DNA of 64,000 bases from Escherichia virus ESCO5 (IMGVR_UViG_2974610597_000001); one strand, 5' to 3'. Positions 1 through 10,990 are shown, counted from the first letter of the stretch. Notes: a model not told the origin generated them from the sequence alone. Translations and numbers: made by a program.

Positions 1-1451
1 CTAGGGGTACTTCAACTTCTGCTGCTGGTTCTACATTAGCAATGAGTGCTGACCTTGGAGAAAACTGGAATTACTTAAGATTTCCTAACAACGTTCATCA
101 TACAAACCTACCATTTGCAAAAGTTGGTAACTACCTTTATATCTTTGGTACAGAACGTTCATTTGGAGAATGGGAAGGAGAAGAACTAGATAATAGATAT
201 AAAGGTACGTATCCTCGAACGTTTATGTGCAAGATTAATGTATCTGCATGGCCTGCATCTTTATCCGATGTTCAATGGTTTAATATCACCGATCAGATGT
301 ATCAAGGGCATATTGTTAATTCTGCATGTGGTGTTGGTTCGGTATGTGTTAAAGATGGTTGGTTATATTATATCTTTGGAGGCGAAGATTTCTTATCTCC
401 TTGGTCTATTGGGGATAATAGTAAAAAATTATGGTACAAGCACGATGGTCATCCAGCCGATTTATATAGCTATAGACTAAAGATTACCGAACATGATTTT
501 GTATCACGTGATTTCAAATATGGAGCTACGCCAAACCGTACATTGCCTGTATCTATGGGTACAGATGGGGTAAGGCATGTCTCAGCCCCTGTAACTTTTG
601 ATAATGATGTGCAAGTACACTCTTTAACAGTTACTGGTCTTGAGCATGATGGGACACAACAATCTGCCGTTAGAATAAAATTAGATGGTGATTATGGGGT
701 TGTTGCAAAAAATGTCCCAATAAAAAATCCTTCTGAACAGCGACTAATCTTATGTGGAGGAGAAACTCCTTACGTTACTGATGGATCGCTATTACAACTA
801 TATGGTTCAAACCATACGTATCCAAACAGAGCAGTTTTATATGCCCCAGGAGGAGCATATACCCAAAATAATTTCATGCCATATTTAGATGGACAAGTTG
901 CATTAGGTGGTGCATCTAACAGATGGTCAGAAGTGTACGCATCTACAGGAACCATTAATACTTCAGATGGAACATTAAAAACTAAACCTACAGAGATTGA
1001 AGATATTTTACTGAAAGCGTGGGAAGATATTCATGTAATCTCTTATCAATGGCTGAGTGCTATCGCGGAGAAAGGAGATTCTGCGCGTATTCATTTTGGT
1101 GTTATAGCTCAAGATGTAAGAGATATTCTGATTAATTATGGTTTAATGGATGAAAATAGCACTGATTGTAAGTATGCTTTTCTGTGTTATGATGAATACC
1201 CTGCTATGTACGATAGTGTTGTTACGGGACAAAAAGAAATCCCTTTATTTGATGATGAAGGGAATGTTGTAATTGATGAAGAAGGTAATCCAGTAACAAT
1301 CGTAGAAGATGTTGTAGAAACTATCGAAATAATTCCAGCAGGATCGCGATGGGGTATCCGCGCTGACCAAATGTTTTTTATTGAGATGGCTTATCAACGT
1401 AAAAAGTTAAAAGCTCTTGAAGAAAGACTTGCAACCCTGGAAAGTAAATAA
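1..1451 (+). CDS. Tail fiber/tailspike protein, C-terminal part with intramolecular-chaperone (peptidase S74-like) self-cleaving domain; 5' end outside window
   Basis: Frame of ORF 42..1451 stays open back to base 3, so gene is 5'-truncated. C-terminus (HFGVIAQDVRDILINYG ... coiled-coil KKLKALEERLATLESK) resembles the autoproteolytic C-terminal chaperone of phage L-shaped tail fibers/endosialidases. Confidence 0.55.
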   Translation, partial: RGTSTSAAGSTLAMSADLGENWNYLRFPNNVHHTNLPFAKVGNYLYIFGTERSFGEWEGEELDNRYKGTYPRTFMCKINVSAWPASLSDVQWFNITDQMYQGHIVNSACGVGSVCVKDGWLYYIFGGEDFLSPWSIGDNSKKLWYKHDGHPADLYSYRLKITEHDFVSRDFKYGATPNRTLPVSMGTDGVRHVSAPVTFDNDVQVHSLTVTGLEHDGTQQSAVRIKLDGDYGVVAKNVPIKNPSEQRLILCGGETPYVTDGSLLQLYGSNHTYPNRAVLYAPGGAYTQNNFMPYLDGQVALGGASNRWSEVYASTGTINTSDGTLKTKPTEIEDILLKAWEDIHVISYQWLSAIAEKGDSARIHFGVIAQDVRDILINYGLMDENSTDCKYAFLCYDEYPAMYDSVVTGQKEIPLFDDEGNVVIDEEGNPVTIVEDVVETIEIIPAGSRWGIRADQMFFIEMAYQRKKLKALEERLATLESK

Positions 1452-1499
1452 TACCGCTTAGGCGGTATTTCAATCTTTATATCTCACTTAGAGGTACTC

Positions 1500-1763
1500 A
1501 TGGTTAAAGAGAAAAACGGTTTTAAAAAATTTATTCGCGGAATGTTCTGCACTTACCCCGGCAACGGGGTAAGCTCTACGAAAGTCTGGAACGCTGTAGG
1601 CATGTCGGTTATGACAGGCATGTTTATCTTTTTAGGAATAGAAAAAGAAATTCCTGAATGGATGGGTTGGGCTTTTGTTTTCATGATAACCCCTTCTCGC
1701 CTCATGAAAAATCTTATTGATTTACGTTGGGGCAGATCACAATCTACCAAAGAGGATGACTAA
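1500..1763 (+). CDS. Small hypothetical protein, likely membrane-associated
   Basis: 87-aa ORF with hydrophobic stretch, between structural genes; stop overlaps next start. Confidence 0.3.
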   Translation: MVKEKNGFKKFIRGMFCTYPGNGVSSTKVWNAVGMSVMTGMFIFLGIEKEIPEWMGWAFVFMITPSRLMKNLIDLRWGRSQSTKEDD

Positions 1764-3250
1764 TGGACGAATATGGTTTGACAGATGCGGGATTTGTAAT
1801 CCCGACTTTTGACGATGTTTTAAACAACTACATGACAGCAGTAAAAAACACATTTGGTGCAGATGCAGCCACTTCGGAAGATACTGTGATCGGACAACTG
1901 TTTAGAATAATTGCATACACAGATTACACATTGTGGGAAGGTATGCAAGGGGTTTATAATACTCAAACACTGGATGGTGCAGAAGGTATTTATCTTGACG
2001 AAATCTTTTCTAAACGTGGTTTCTATCGAGCAGGGGCAGCAGCAAGTACAGGTTATGCATATGTTAAAAGTAATAACAAAGCAGCTTGGACTTACGAGTT
2101 AGGCACAGATATTTACTTCAACTCTGATAGCGATATGAACTACTATGTTAGCACACCAACTATGTTGAATGCTAAGATTGCAGCTTATCAAATTTCTCGT
2201 GCTAATGCCACTGCTACAGGTGTTCCAAATATTACTTTTTATGCACAAAGTGCGATAGATGGAGGACTAAACAGTAAAACACTTGCACCTGGTTCTTCTA
2301 CATTTATAGCCGATCTTGAAACTTTTATCAAGGCAAACTTAACAGAGGCTGATCGTAGTCTTGTATTTTCTGATTCTGGTAACTTGTCAATTGGTTTTAC
2401 TTCTTTAACCAGTGATACTCCAGTGGGACTAGTAACTCCTATCAAATTTTATGCTAGTGTTCCAGTTGGAACCAAATGGAGTGAAATTCCGGTAGTTGCA
2501 GCAGAGAAAGGATACAATCCGGTGGGTGTGGAGTCTATTACAGGGATATCTTCTACCTTTACAGGTTATCTTGATAGTGGTAACTTCTATTCGTTTTCTC
2601 CTGGTCGAGATGTTGAGACAGATGCAGAATTCCGCTCTCGTTTCAATGACAACGTTGACGAAGCTAACGCAGGGACACGAGCAGCTATTGTGAAAGCTCT
2701 GTTACTTACAGATGGTGTTACTAAGGTGAAGATTTATGATAACCCTACGTTACATGATCAAGAACATGCTCCAGCTATGACTTTCCAGACTATAGTCTAT
2801 GGAGGGAGTGCTGAAGAAGTTGCTGAAGTTATTTACAAAACTAAACCAATCAACAGTTTGACACATGGAACAACTAACATAACTGTTACAACGGAAGACG
2901 GAGGACAAGAAATTATTCGTTTTTCTCCTGGTGCTTCTGCTACGTATTCCGTAAAACTTGTTTATCAAACTGTCAACGGAACAACTTTAAGTGGAACAGA
3001 AAAACAAAACATTGTAGAAGCTTTACAAAACCTGCAAGCTTACTTTGAATTAGGTTCTTCAGTAACGAACGATCAAATCAAAGGTGTTATTTATGCAGCA
3101 CTTGCTTTTGGACGCTTGACTTCTCTTCGTGTTTATGTTAAACTTAATACTGAGGATGACAGTAAATATACAGAGAATAATATAGTTCCTGCTTATAATG
3201 TTGTCCCTTCTTTTGACCTTGATAACATTTCTTACGAGTATGGAGTGTAA
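1763..3250 (+). CDS. Virion structural protein (tail/baseplate component)
   Basis: 495-aa ORF, Ser/Thr/Asn-rich, in tightly packed plus-strand structural operon; no enzymatic motif. Confidence 0.4.
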   Translation: MDEYGLTDAGFVIPTFDDVLNNYMTAVKNTFGADAATSEDTVIGQLFRIIAYTDYTLWEGMQGVYNTQTLDGAEGIYLDEIFSKRGFYRAGAAASTGYAYVKSNNKAAWTYELGTDIYFNSDSDMNYYVSTPTMLNAKIAAYQISRANATATGVPNITFYAQSAIDGGLNSKTLAPGSSTFIADLETFIKANLTEADRSLVFSDSGNLSIGFTSLTSDTPVGLVTPIKFYASVPVGTKWSEIPVVAAEKGYNPVGVESITGISSTFTGYLDSGNFYSFSPGRDVETDAEFRSRFNDNVDEANAGTRAAIVKALLLTDGVTKVKIYDNPTLHDQEHAPAMTFQTIVYGGSAEEVAEVIYKTKPINSLTHGTTNITVTTEDGGQEIIRFSPGASATYSVKLVYQTVNGTTLSGTEKQNIVEALQNLQAYFELGSSVTNDQIKGVIYAALAFGRLTSLRVYVKLNTEDDSKYTENNIVPAYNVVPSFDLDNISYEYGV

Positions 3251-3252
3251 AA

Positions 3253-3882
3253 ATGGCAGTGAGTGTTGACCATGTAACAACTTGGGCCAGTATCAATGAA
3301 GATGTTAAAAACCTTCTGATTGAAGATTTTAAATCTTCTCCTAACATTGTCAAGCTCCTCTACATCGTATCCAGTGAAAAGCAAAAGATAGATCAGGCAA
3401 TGATCTATCTTGCTAAACACCGCTTGATCTCCACAGCCACAGGCAAATACCTAGATATCTTAGGAGAAGAAATGGGGATCGAACGTAATGGCTCTGATGA
3501 TGAAGAGTATAGAACAATATTAAAAATCAGGGCTTACCGCGTAGCCTCATCGGGGACTCGTGGTGACATAATTGATATCTTCGCCCGTTTCACAGGAACA
3601 GAGCGTGAAACGCTTAATACTTACGTAGGTTTGAATAAAACCTTTGATGTGTTTTTCTACAACCTGTGTCTTCAATCTGATCAAGCTTTAGAGCAGTTGC
3701 TAAGTGTTTTCCCTATTATTAGTAGCTACCGTCTTGGAGCAAAAGCAGGATCAGCTTTTGGTTTTAGTTCTTATTATGCTGCCAAACCGCCTCATGGTAT
3801 TGGTGGTTTAGGTTCCCTGTACATGGAATCTACTGGGGATGAAACAGGACGCATGTGTACGCTTCTCAAGCAAATAGATTAA
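3253..3882 (+). CDS. Hypothetical structural protein
   Basis: 209-aa ORF 2 bp after previous stop, same operon. Confidence 0.35.
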   Translation: MAVSVDHVTTWASINEDVKNLLIEDFKSSPNIVKLLYIVSSEKQKIDQAMIYLAKHRLISTATGKYLDILGEEMGIERNGSDDEEYRTILKIRAYRVASSGTRGDIIDIFARFTGTERETLNTYVGLNKTFDVFFYNLCLQSDQALEQLLSVFPIISSYRLGAKAGSAFGFSSYYAAKPPHGIGGLGSLYMESTGDETGRMCTLLKQID

Positions 3883-3891
3883 GGAGTTTAA

Positions 3892-4953
3892 ATGGCGAAG
3901 CCAATATATTATCCTGACTGGGCTACACAAACTGTAACGCTCCCAGGAACTTTAAACACAAACAAAATTAGACCTAAAGAAACCATCCGCACAATTGGTA
4001 TGGATTATGGTCAAATCATGACTTGCGAAGAAATGAACTGGATTCTTAATAATATCGGTTTATGGATTCGCTATTTGGTGGATGACTTTCTTCCAACTTT
4101 ACCTGATACTTACTTGCCTTTAATTGGAACTAAGATTACAATGGCAGGTGATGCTACTGGTGAGGCTACTTGGAATGGTAATAAAGAAGTTACTTTATCT
4201 ATCCAAGTTCAAGATAATAGTCATAATCACTTGTCGGCAAACATTACAGATGCCACTAGTTCAACAGTAACACCAAACGTGTTGGTAAAACGTGATGCAG
4301 GTGGTGCTATTTACGGTGGTGATATTTATGTTAATGGCACTTCCACAACAGATCCTGCAACACTGTTCTTCAAAAACTTTGCAGGACAAACGAATGGTGA
4401 GATTTCTGCCGAGTATCAAAGCGGAGGTCAGCTTTACATCTATCGTAGAAATCCTAGCACAGGTAGTGTATCGGCAGGTGTTCGTTTATATGATGCAGGT
4501 TATGTTCTAATAGATAATCCAAGATCAAACAGTGGACAAGACACTTCTAACGGAAATGCTTTAGTTCGTTTAGATTATCTGAACTCTCGTTTGACTTCCC
4601 TTCAGAATACATTGCAGACGAATATTAACACTGTTCAAAACAACTTGAATAATGTTAACAACAACCTCTCTTCTCGTATAAACAATGTAGAAAGTAATCA
4701 TCAAAGTCAGATTACAAATAACTACAACTATGCTAACGGAACCTTTGTAAGAGATATTCGTTATACTAGCCAAGGTGTGTATTATCCACCAGGGAACGAG
4801 GTTTCTTGGACTTATATCTGTTCTTCTGGTTATGTTCTTTCTGGTATTATCGTACAGGAAACAGGACGTAGCTCTGCGGATAACATCGGTGGGGTTTACT
4901 TCAAACGCCTCCAGCGCAACGTTAACGGAAACTGGTACGATATTGGAGGCTAA
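3892..4953 (+). CDS. Tail fiber protein (short fiber)
   Basis: 353 aa; Asn/Gln-rich heptad region (LQNTLQTNINTVQNNLNNVNNNLSSRINNVESN) typical of fiber shafts. Confidence 0.45.
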   Translation: MAKPIYYPDWATQTVTLPGTLNTNKIRPKETIRTIGMDYGQIMTCEEMNWILNNIGLWIRYLVDDFLPTLPDTYLPLIGTKITMAGDATGEATWNGNKEVTLSIQVQDNSHNHLSANITDATSSTVTPNVLVKRDAGGAIYGGDIYVNGTSTTDPATLFFKNFAGQTNGEISAEYQSGGQLYIYRRNPSTGSVSAGVRLYDAGYVLIDNPRSNSGQDTSNGNALVRLDYLNSRLTSLQNTLQTNINTVQNNLNNVNNNLSSRINNVESNHQSQITNNYNYANGTFVRDIRYTSQGVYYPPGNEVSWTYICSSGYVLSGIIVQETGRSSADNIGGVYFKRLQRNVNGNWYDIGG

Positions 4954-5499
4954 ATGATATTTACAAACTTTAAAAAATATATTCCTGAAGACCCTGAACT
5001 AAAAGAATTGGTAGAAGCAGAGAACATTCTTTTTCTTCGTTGCGATCAAGGTTACGATTGGTATGATTTACGTAGCACAGAATTCAATAACGATAAAATG
5101 AAAGTCGTTTTTGATGATCAAAATCGTATTGTGTTTTGGAATACTGATCCTACACTACTTTGCCCTGAAGATCTTTCTATAGCACAAGTAGACTTTAACA
5201 TAGATACTTTTGAGGATATTAGGAACAAGGTTCTGGATTTAGAAACCTTAACTCTTAAGAATAAAGAGTATTCCCGTGAAGAGTTGATGACACAAGCTAG
5301 TGCAAAAATTCGCTCTTTACAAGAAACAGCGGTAGCACTTATAACACCTTTACAGTATGCTAAAGATTTAGAAATGGCTACTGAAGACGAATTAGCTTAT
5401 CTTAAAAATCTTCAAGTTTATGTAGTTAAACTAAATCGTGTTCCGCTTCAAAAAGACTATCCTTACGCTATAGATTGGCCTACATTACCGACAGAATAA
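4954..5499 (+). CDS. Tail fiber assembly/chaperone-like protein
   Basis: 181-aa acidic protein immediately downstream of fiber gene (ATGA start/stop overlap); assignment by position only. Confidence 0.3.
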   Translation: MIFTNFKKYIPEDPELKELVEAENILFLRCDQGYDWYDLRSTEFNNDKMKVVFDDQNRIVFWNTDPTLLCPEDLSIAQVDFNIDTFEDIRNKVLDLETLTLKNKEYSREELMTQASAKIRSLQETAVALITPLQYAKDLEMATEDELAYLKNLQVYVVKLNRVPLQKDYPYAIDWPTLPTE

Positions 5500-5508
5500 G
5501 GGATCACT

Positions 5509-5844
5509 ATGGAATTTCAAGAAGCATGGGGACTTGCAAAGGATGCAATAATCCCTTTAATCGGAGTCATCTGGTTCTTTTTCAAACAAAAAATGGATAA
5601 ATTCGGCTCTGATCTTGAGGAAATGGAGGAGAAAAGTCGAGAGCTAGAGAAGAAGTTGGTCTTTGTTGAATCAACTTATGCAACTAAAGCCGAACTTACC
5701 CAGATGCTAAATCAAATTAACTCTACATTAATGGCAAATAATAACACTCTTGAGCAAAAAATTGAAAAGATTATGGACCTCAAGAATGCGACTATCCAAA
5801 TGATGCTAGATGACATAGTTAAACGTACACAGAATAAGGGGTAA
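5509..5844 (+). CDS. Small membrane-anchored coiled-coil protein
   Basis: 111 aa; N-terminal hydrophobic segment (IIPLIGVIWFFF) then coiled-coil. Confidence 0.3.
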   Translation: MEFQEAWGLAKDAIIPLIGVIWFFFKQKMDKFGSDLEEMEEKSRELEKKLVFVESTYATKAELTQMLNQINSTLMANNNTLEQKIEKIMDLKNATIQMMLDDIVKRTQNKG

Positions 5845-5847
5845 TTA

Positions 5848-8800
5848 ATGGCAACATTCCCAACATATCCAGCAACGTCTCTCGAACAGGGCGTAGACCT
5901 GGTTATTTTCTCATCTAACCAACTCCATGATGTTATTAATGGAAGTGCTACAGAGAGTATTGAAACAGAATCAGGGTTGATACCAACCCTGAGAAAATCC
6001 CTTGTTGACAACTTTTTCTTTAAAAGCCCATTGGATTGGGCGCAAGGCACAAACGAAACAGTTTTTAACCAACTACGTTATTTTCAGAATGGGGTATTGA
6101 GCGGTTATTATTATGCTCCTAATGCTACATTGGTAAACCCAATTCCTATGCAAGGGACTCCAGTAGGAGATAACAACTGGGTATTGTGGGGACTGAAGAC
6201 AGAACAACTAGCAACAGAAGTCACCCCTTGGGTATATTCTGGTGCAACTGGTTATGAAACAGTAATCAGTCCTCCCTACATCTTTGATAGTGCTATTGTT
6301 ACAATCAATGGTGTTATTCAGGTTCTGGGAGAAGCTTTCCGCATAGAAGATAGTAAAATCATTTTATCTGAACCTTTGGGACATGATCCTGCAACAGGAC
6401 TGCCAAACAAGCTTTTTGCCTATATTGGTAAAATCGTAGCTTCCGCAGATACAGATCCTAACTTAGAAAACCGTCTTGTCAGTTTAGAAACAAAAACTGA
6501 AGAACTGACAGAAAACATGGATAAAGTACCTTTACAAACTATTGCTCGTAAATACGGTTTGTTGGATGACGAAGTAGCTTACGCAACAGCGGGTCAATCA
6601 TTAACAGGGATTAAAGCTCTGTATGATCCGGTAGCACAATCTTCCTACACATTGCCTCCTAACATCACAGGGACTTTAACATCTTTGTCTGTTTCTGGAG
6701 TAATGACTTATTCTGGCGGATCTGTAGATCTTTCTGCATTAGCTGTTGAACGTGGACAGTTTGTTCATTTGCCTACAAGCTTTGGTAATAATGTAACTCT
6801 GACAGCTAAAAATCAGACGATTGGGCGTGGCGCTGGTCGCTATCGTTGGGCGGGAAGTTTACCAAAAAGTATTTTAGCTTCTGATACATTGGAAACAAGT
6901 GGTGGATTAGGTCCAAATGCATGGGTTCTAACTAATACAGAAGGACTGTTAACCCCTCGTGGTGGAACATACAACGATTTATTCGATGTTGTCCGCTTAT
7001 CAGAATTTGCTAACAATACAACTACCTATACCACACCAGAAGCAGCTTTCCAGGCGGCACTGTTAGCAGCAAAAGCTTCGAAAAGTAAGATTCTCGACGC
7101 TTACGGTTGTGATATGACTTTCACGACAAGCTCTTTTGATATTCAAGATATCACTTTGCGTGGGGGTGTGTTCCGTGGTCAACGCGATTATCGTGTGCAA
7201 AATGCTACAGTAGAAGGCACAACTTTCCGTAACTCTCGTGTTATGTATTGGGGTGGTGCTGTGCGCATGTTCGATTGTTTGTGGGACGGTGCTCCTCGCG
7301 CAGGTCAAGTTGGTAGCTTGGTATTCCAAGGAAACCCAATATCAGGTACTTTTGAAATTGATAATTGTACTTTTAAAAACGGGTTATATGGCATCCTTCA
7401 ACAAGGAACAGGGGAACCAGTAACACGCGGTGTCTTCCGTAACCTTACCTTCATGGACATGCAAGGTGATGCAATAGAACTGAACGTCATCAATAAACAT
7501 TATGATGATGGTTGTGTGATTGAGAATATTTACCTGTCTAATATTGATGGGACTAACGCTCCTATTCCTCTGTCCAACTGGGGTATCGGTATTGGTGTGG
7601 CTGGTAAAGGACCATATGGTTACGGAATTCCTGATGATCAATATTGCAAGAATATTACAATTCGTAACGTTTTTGCAAAACGTTGTCGTCAGATTGTCCA
7701 CGTAGAAGTTGGTCGTAATATTTCTATCGAAAACATTCATGGCGATCCAGATCAAACTGTATCTGTTGGGACAGGTTTGGCAACTGGCGCAGTTGTAATG
7801 TATGGAAGTAAAGATTTTACGATTGATGGTGTTTACGGAGAGCCTAAAACAGACGGTAGCACACTTGCAAGTAATATCCGTATGATTTATTTGGAGTGGG
7901 GAACTAACGCAGTTCTGGATGAAGAGGGCAATCCGGTAGTTCCGGCACAGGGCAGACCTTCAAACCCATGCTTTAACTATTCTGTTCGTAACATTCACAC
8001 CAAAACTGGGCGTGTTTTTGCAGGAGTTTCCGCTGGGCCAGGTTATGAAAACAGAGTCAGCTTTGAGAATATCCATTGTGCTGCGTTGCAGTTGTTCGGT
8101 GTAGCTTCTTGGCTTTCAATGTCTAACATCACCTGTAATATCTTTGATTGTGTTGGTCAACCTGAATCTGGTCCAGGGACATTTTATGATGGATTCTTCC
8201 GTAGAGAAAAATCTGTTCTTGAGATGGTTAACGTAAACTGTTACCCAGATGGCAAGACTATGGTTACTGGTCGCCCACAGTGGAGCCGTTGCCGTTACTC
8301 TGATATTCATCGTGTCAACTGTAATGTTGAAGCTAATATGTATACCAATATCGCAGGTGGTATTGGAGCTATTGTAGGGACAACTGGCAAAGTTTATTAC
8401 TTAGAGCCTAACCCTAGCCGAAACATTGATGGGATGCATTTCCCAACAGGGAAGGAGTTTGACAAAGGGGATATGATAGTCAAAGCGGATAATACGTTCT
8501 TCCTTGTAACAACAAGTGGGGCATACATTCCAGATATCCCAGCTTTCGGTATTCGAGCTACACAAGCAGGAGATACCTTCCTGACACAGAACTTGACTCC
8601 TAATGGGACAGCAACAAACGCTTCTTGGTTGTATCACTATCCTCTGTCAGCAGGAACACGTATCCGTATTCCTGGTGCTGGTGTAGGTGGAGCAGATTTG
8701 GACACAGTTATTACTCGTGCACCTTATCAAGATAATGATACGTGGACTAACCCAGTTAAAATAGACATTGCAGATCCAATTGTAACGCCTACGAGTGCTG

Positions 8801-8901
8801 GAGTTAGAATCAAAACCATACCTAACGATTCTAGTAATGTTTCTGTAGGTAATACTGCGGTTATTCGCCCAACACCAGTGGTAGATGTGCCAACAACCTA
8901 A
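5848..8901 (+). CDS. Tailspike-like protein with predicted parallel beta-helix (possible depolymerase)
   Basis: 1017 aa; recurring short N-I-x-x-x-N/V-x-I rungs (IENIYLSNIDGT, ITIRNVFAKRC, ISIENIHGD, SVRNIHTKTG, SFENIHCAA, MSNITCNIFDC) typical of pectate-lyase-fold tailspikes. Confidence 0.5.
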   Translation: MATFPTYPATSLEQGVDLVIFSSNQLHDVINGSATESIETESGLIPTLRKSLVDNFFFKSPLDWAQGTNETVFNQLRYFQNGVLSGYYYAPNATLVNPIPMQGTPVGDNNWVLWGLKTEQLATEVTPWVYSGATGYETVISPPYIFDSAIVTINGVIQVLGEAFRIEDSKIILSEPLGHDPATGLPNKLFAYIGKIVASADTDPNLENRLVSLETKTEELTENMDKVPLQTIARKYGLLDDEVAYATAGQSLTGIKALYDPVAQSSYTLPPNITGTLTSLSVSGVMTYSGGSVDLSALAVERGQFVHLPTSFGNNVTLTAKNQTIGRGAGRYRWAGSLPKSILASDTLETSGGLGPNAWVLTNTEGLLTPRGGTYNDLFDVVRLSEFANNTTTYTTPEAAFQAALLAAKASKSKILDAYGCDMTFTTSSFDIQDITLRGGVFRGQRDYRVQNATVEGTTFRNSRVMYWGGAVRMFDCLWDGAPRAGQVGSLVFQGNPISGTFEIDNCTFKNGLYGILQQGTGEPVTRGVFRNLTFMDMQGDAIELNVINKHYDDGCVIENIYLSNIDGTNAPIPLSNWGIGIGVAGKGPYGYGIPDDQYCKNITIRNVFAKRCRQIVHVEVGRNISIENIHGDPDQTVSVGTGLATGAVVMYGSKDFTIDGVYGEPKTDGSTLASNIRMIYLEWGTNAVLDEEGNPVVPAQGRPSNPCFNYSVRNIHTKTGRVFAGVSAGPGYENRVSFENIHCAALQLFGVASWLSMSNITCNIFDCVGQPESGPGTFYDGFFRREKSVLEMVNVNCYPDGKTMVTGRPQWSRCRYSDIHRVNCNVEANMYTNIAGGIGAIVGTTGKVYYLEPNPSRNIDGMHFPTGKEFDKGDMIVKADNTFFLVTTSGAYIPDIPAFGIRATQAGDTFLTQNLTPNGTATNASWLYHYPLSAGTRIRIPGAGVGGADLDTVITRAPYQDNDTWTNPVKIDIADPIVTPTSAGVRIKTIPNDSSNVSVGNTAVIRPTPVVDVPTT

Positions 8902-8965
8902 TGGAAATAGAGAGGGGGATTCCCCCTCTTCTTCCAATAGAATGGTCTAATAATAGGAGAGATAA

Positions 8966-10990
8966 ATGAATTTAACAAGACCTAATAGTGCGATAGCCGA
9001 TCTAGTAGAAGCTACTTATCGAAAACGTCGCAGTTTTGAGGCAGGTTTTACATTACGTAATTCCCGTGAAGTTTTGCTGTTAGCGGCAGAAGGGAATTAT
9101 TACCAATGGAAAGGAACTTTTCCTAAAGTAGTTCCAGCAAACTCTACGCCAGCCACCACAGGTGGTATTTCTTCCCTTGCATGGCAAAGTGTTGGGACCG
9201 CTGATGATATAGCAATTATCAATGCCAAGTTTACGGCAATGCAGCAACAGATTGATGATCTGTCGGAAACAATACCTGAAGCTGGTAAATCGGCTTATCA
9301 GATCGCACTTGATAATGGTTTTGTTGGAACAGAAGCACAATGGCTTGCTTCTTTGAAAGGGGATACTGGTGCTCAACTTAATATTAAAGGATCATTAGCA
9401 AGCACTAGTGAACTACCATCTACAGGTAACGTAGCAGGTGATGGTTATATTGTAGGAGATGTAATCTACGCTTGGGATGGGGCTGTTTGGAAACTTATCT
9501 CTTCTCTTGGGCCAGAAGGGAAATCAGCTTACGAGGTATGGTTAGCAGATGGTAATACAGGATCTGTTTATGACTTTCTTGCCTCTATAAAAGGTGATAA
9601 AGGAGACGTTGGTCCTACAGGTCCACAGGGTGCACCTGGTGTCAACGCTAATGGTTTTGATTACCGTGGAGATTTGCCTTCTACAAGTAACTTACCACAA
9701 CCTAACTCTGAAAACGTAAGCCAAGCTTATTCTATTAATGGTAATCTTTATGTCTCTAATGGGACAGCTTGGGTCAACATGGGTAATATTGTTGGTCCTC
9801 AAGGTCCACAAGGTGAGGCAGGTAAAGACGGTCTAGATGGAACAGATGGAGACGAAGGGAAATCTGCATATCAAAGTTGGCTGGATGCTGGTAATGAAGG
9901 GACAGAAGTAGATTTTATTGCCTCACTTAAAGGTCCAAAAGGAGACAAGGGTGATCAAGGAGAGCGAGGTCCACAAGGTGAACTAGGTCCACAAGGACCA
10001 GTGGGTGCAACAGGATCAGGTTTAGAGATTATCGGGGTTCTGAACAGCGAAGCTGAACTTCCTCCTACTGGAGAAGTAGGTGATGCATATAAAATTAATA
10101 ATGATTTGTATGTTTGGGTTCAAGATGCTACAGAATGGATGAATGTAGGCAGTCTTGGAGGAACATCAATTACAGCTAAAGGTCATGTTCCGAACAGTGA
10201 AGCTCTCCCTGTTTATAATAACTACGGTGATGCCTATTTAACTGAAGACACTAGTAATCTTTACATCTATACCTACGATCAAGACACCAATTCCGCATCT
10301 TTTGTTGACATGGGAAGTATTAAAGGCGACAAAGGTGAAAAAGGGGATAAAGGAGATAAGGGTGATCCTGGAACAAACGGAACCAACGGTACTGATGGGA
10401 CCAACGGTAAGGACGGCGCACAGTGGTTTGTAGCAACAACTAATCCAGTCACAGGAGACGGTGTTATCAATGATTACGCCTTCAATACTACCACTGGAGC
10501 AGTATTTAAGAAAACAGATTCTTCTACGTGGACACTTATAGGAACTCTTCCTAGTATACCAGAAGCCCCTCAAGACGGCTTGACGTATGGTCGTTCTGAT
10601 GGAAACTGGATCGAAATATCAGGATCAGATCCTACGGAAGCTATAACACCAACTAGAGTTACAGCAGGTTTCATGGAACTTGAAACAACTACTGCCAACT
10701 CTGGAGCATCTTGGACTCCTTCTGGAACTTCCAATATGTATGTTGTTACAGTAACTGACGCTCTGACAGTTGGAGCATGGCCTGGTGTCACTGGCTCTAC
10801 AAAACCTAAAGCGTTTTCAGCAATGATTTATTTGATTCAAGATACAACGGGACACACGGTTACACTAGATGCGTCTTATGGAGCACTAAATGATACAGAA
10901 ATAGCAACTACTGCTAACGCAGTAACAATTTTGCAATTAACGTATCCTGGTGTGGGTGATATCGTGGACATGGTTGTTGTAACACGATAA
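8966..10990 (+). CDS. Collagen-like repeat tail fiber protein
   Basis: 674 aa; Gly-X-Y runs (GPQGPQGEAGKDGLDGTDGDEG; KGDKGEKGDKGDKGDPGTNGTNGTDGTNGKDG) and three copies of a module GKSAYxxWLxxGxxG(T/S)xxDFxASxKG. Confidence 0.6.
   Translation: MNLTRPNSAIADLVEATYRKRRSFEAGFTLRNSREVLLLAAEGNYYQWKGTFPKVVPANSTPATTGGISSLAWQSVGTADDIAIINAKFTAMQQQIDDLSETIPEAGKSAYQIALDNGFVGTEAQWLASLKGDTGAQLNIKGSLASTSELPSTGNVAGDGYIVGDVIYAWDGAVWKLISSLGPEGKSAYEVWLADGNTGSVYDFLASIKGDKGDVGPTGPQGAPGVNANGFDYRGDLPSTSNLPQPNSENVSQAYSINGNLYVSNGTAWVNMGNIVGPQGPQGEAGKDGLDGTDGDEGKSAYQSWLDAGNEGTEVDFIASLKGPKGDKGDQGERGPQGELGPQGPVGATGSGLEIIGVLNSEAELPPTGEVGDAYKINNDLYVWVQDATEWMNVGSLGGTSITAKGHVPNSEALPVYNNYGDAYLTEDTSNLYIYTYDQDTNSASFVDMGSIKGDKGEKGDKGDKGDPGTNGTNGTDGTNGKDGAQWFVATTNPVTGDGVINDYAFNTTTGAVFKKTDSSTWTLIGTLPSIPEAPQDGLTYGRSDGNWIEISGSDPTEAITPTRVTAGFMELETTTANSGASWTPSGTSNMYVVTVTDALTVGAWPGVTGSTKPKAFSAMIYLIQDTTGHTVTLDASYGALNDTEIATTANAVTILQLTYPGVGDIVDMVVVTR

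Noticed and set aside
238-480. 80-aa ORF nested in the tail fiber gene
   Set aside because: Alternative frame inside a well-supported long CDS.
10279-10470. 63-aa minus-strand ORF with PLSPLSPFSPLSPL repeats
   Set aside because: Mirror image of the collagen-like Gly-X-Y repeat on the coding strand; artefact of repeat DNA.
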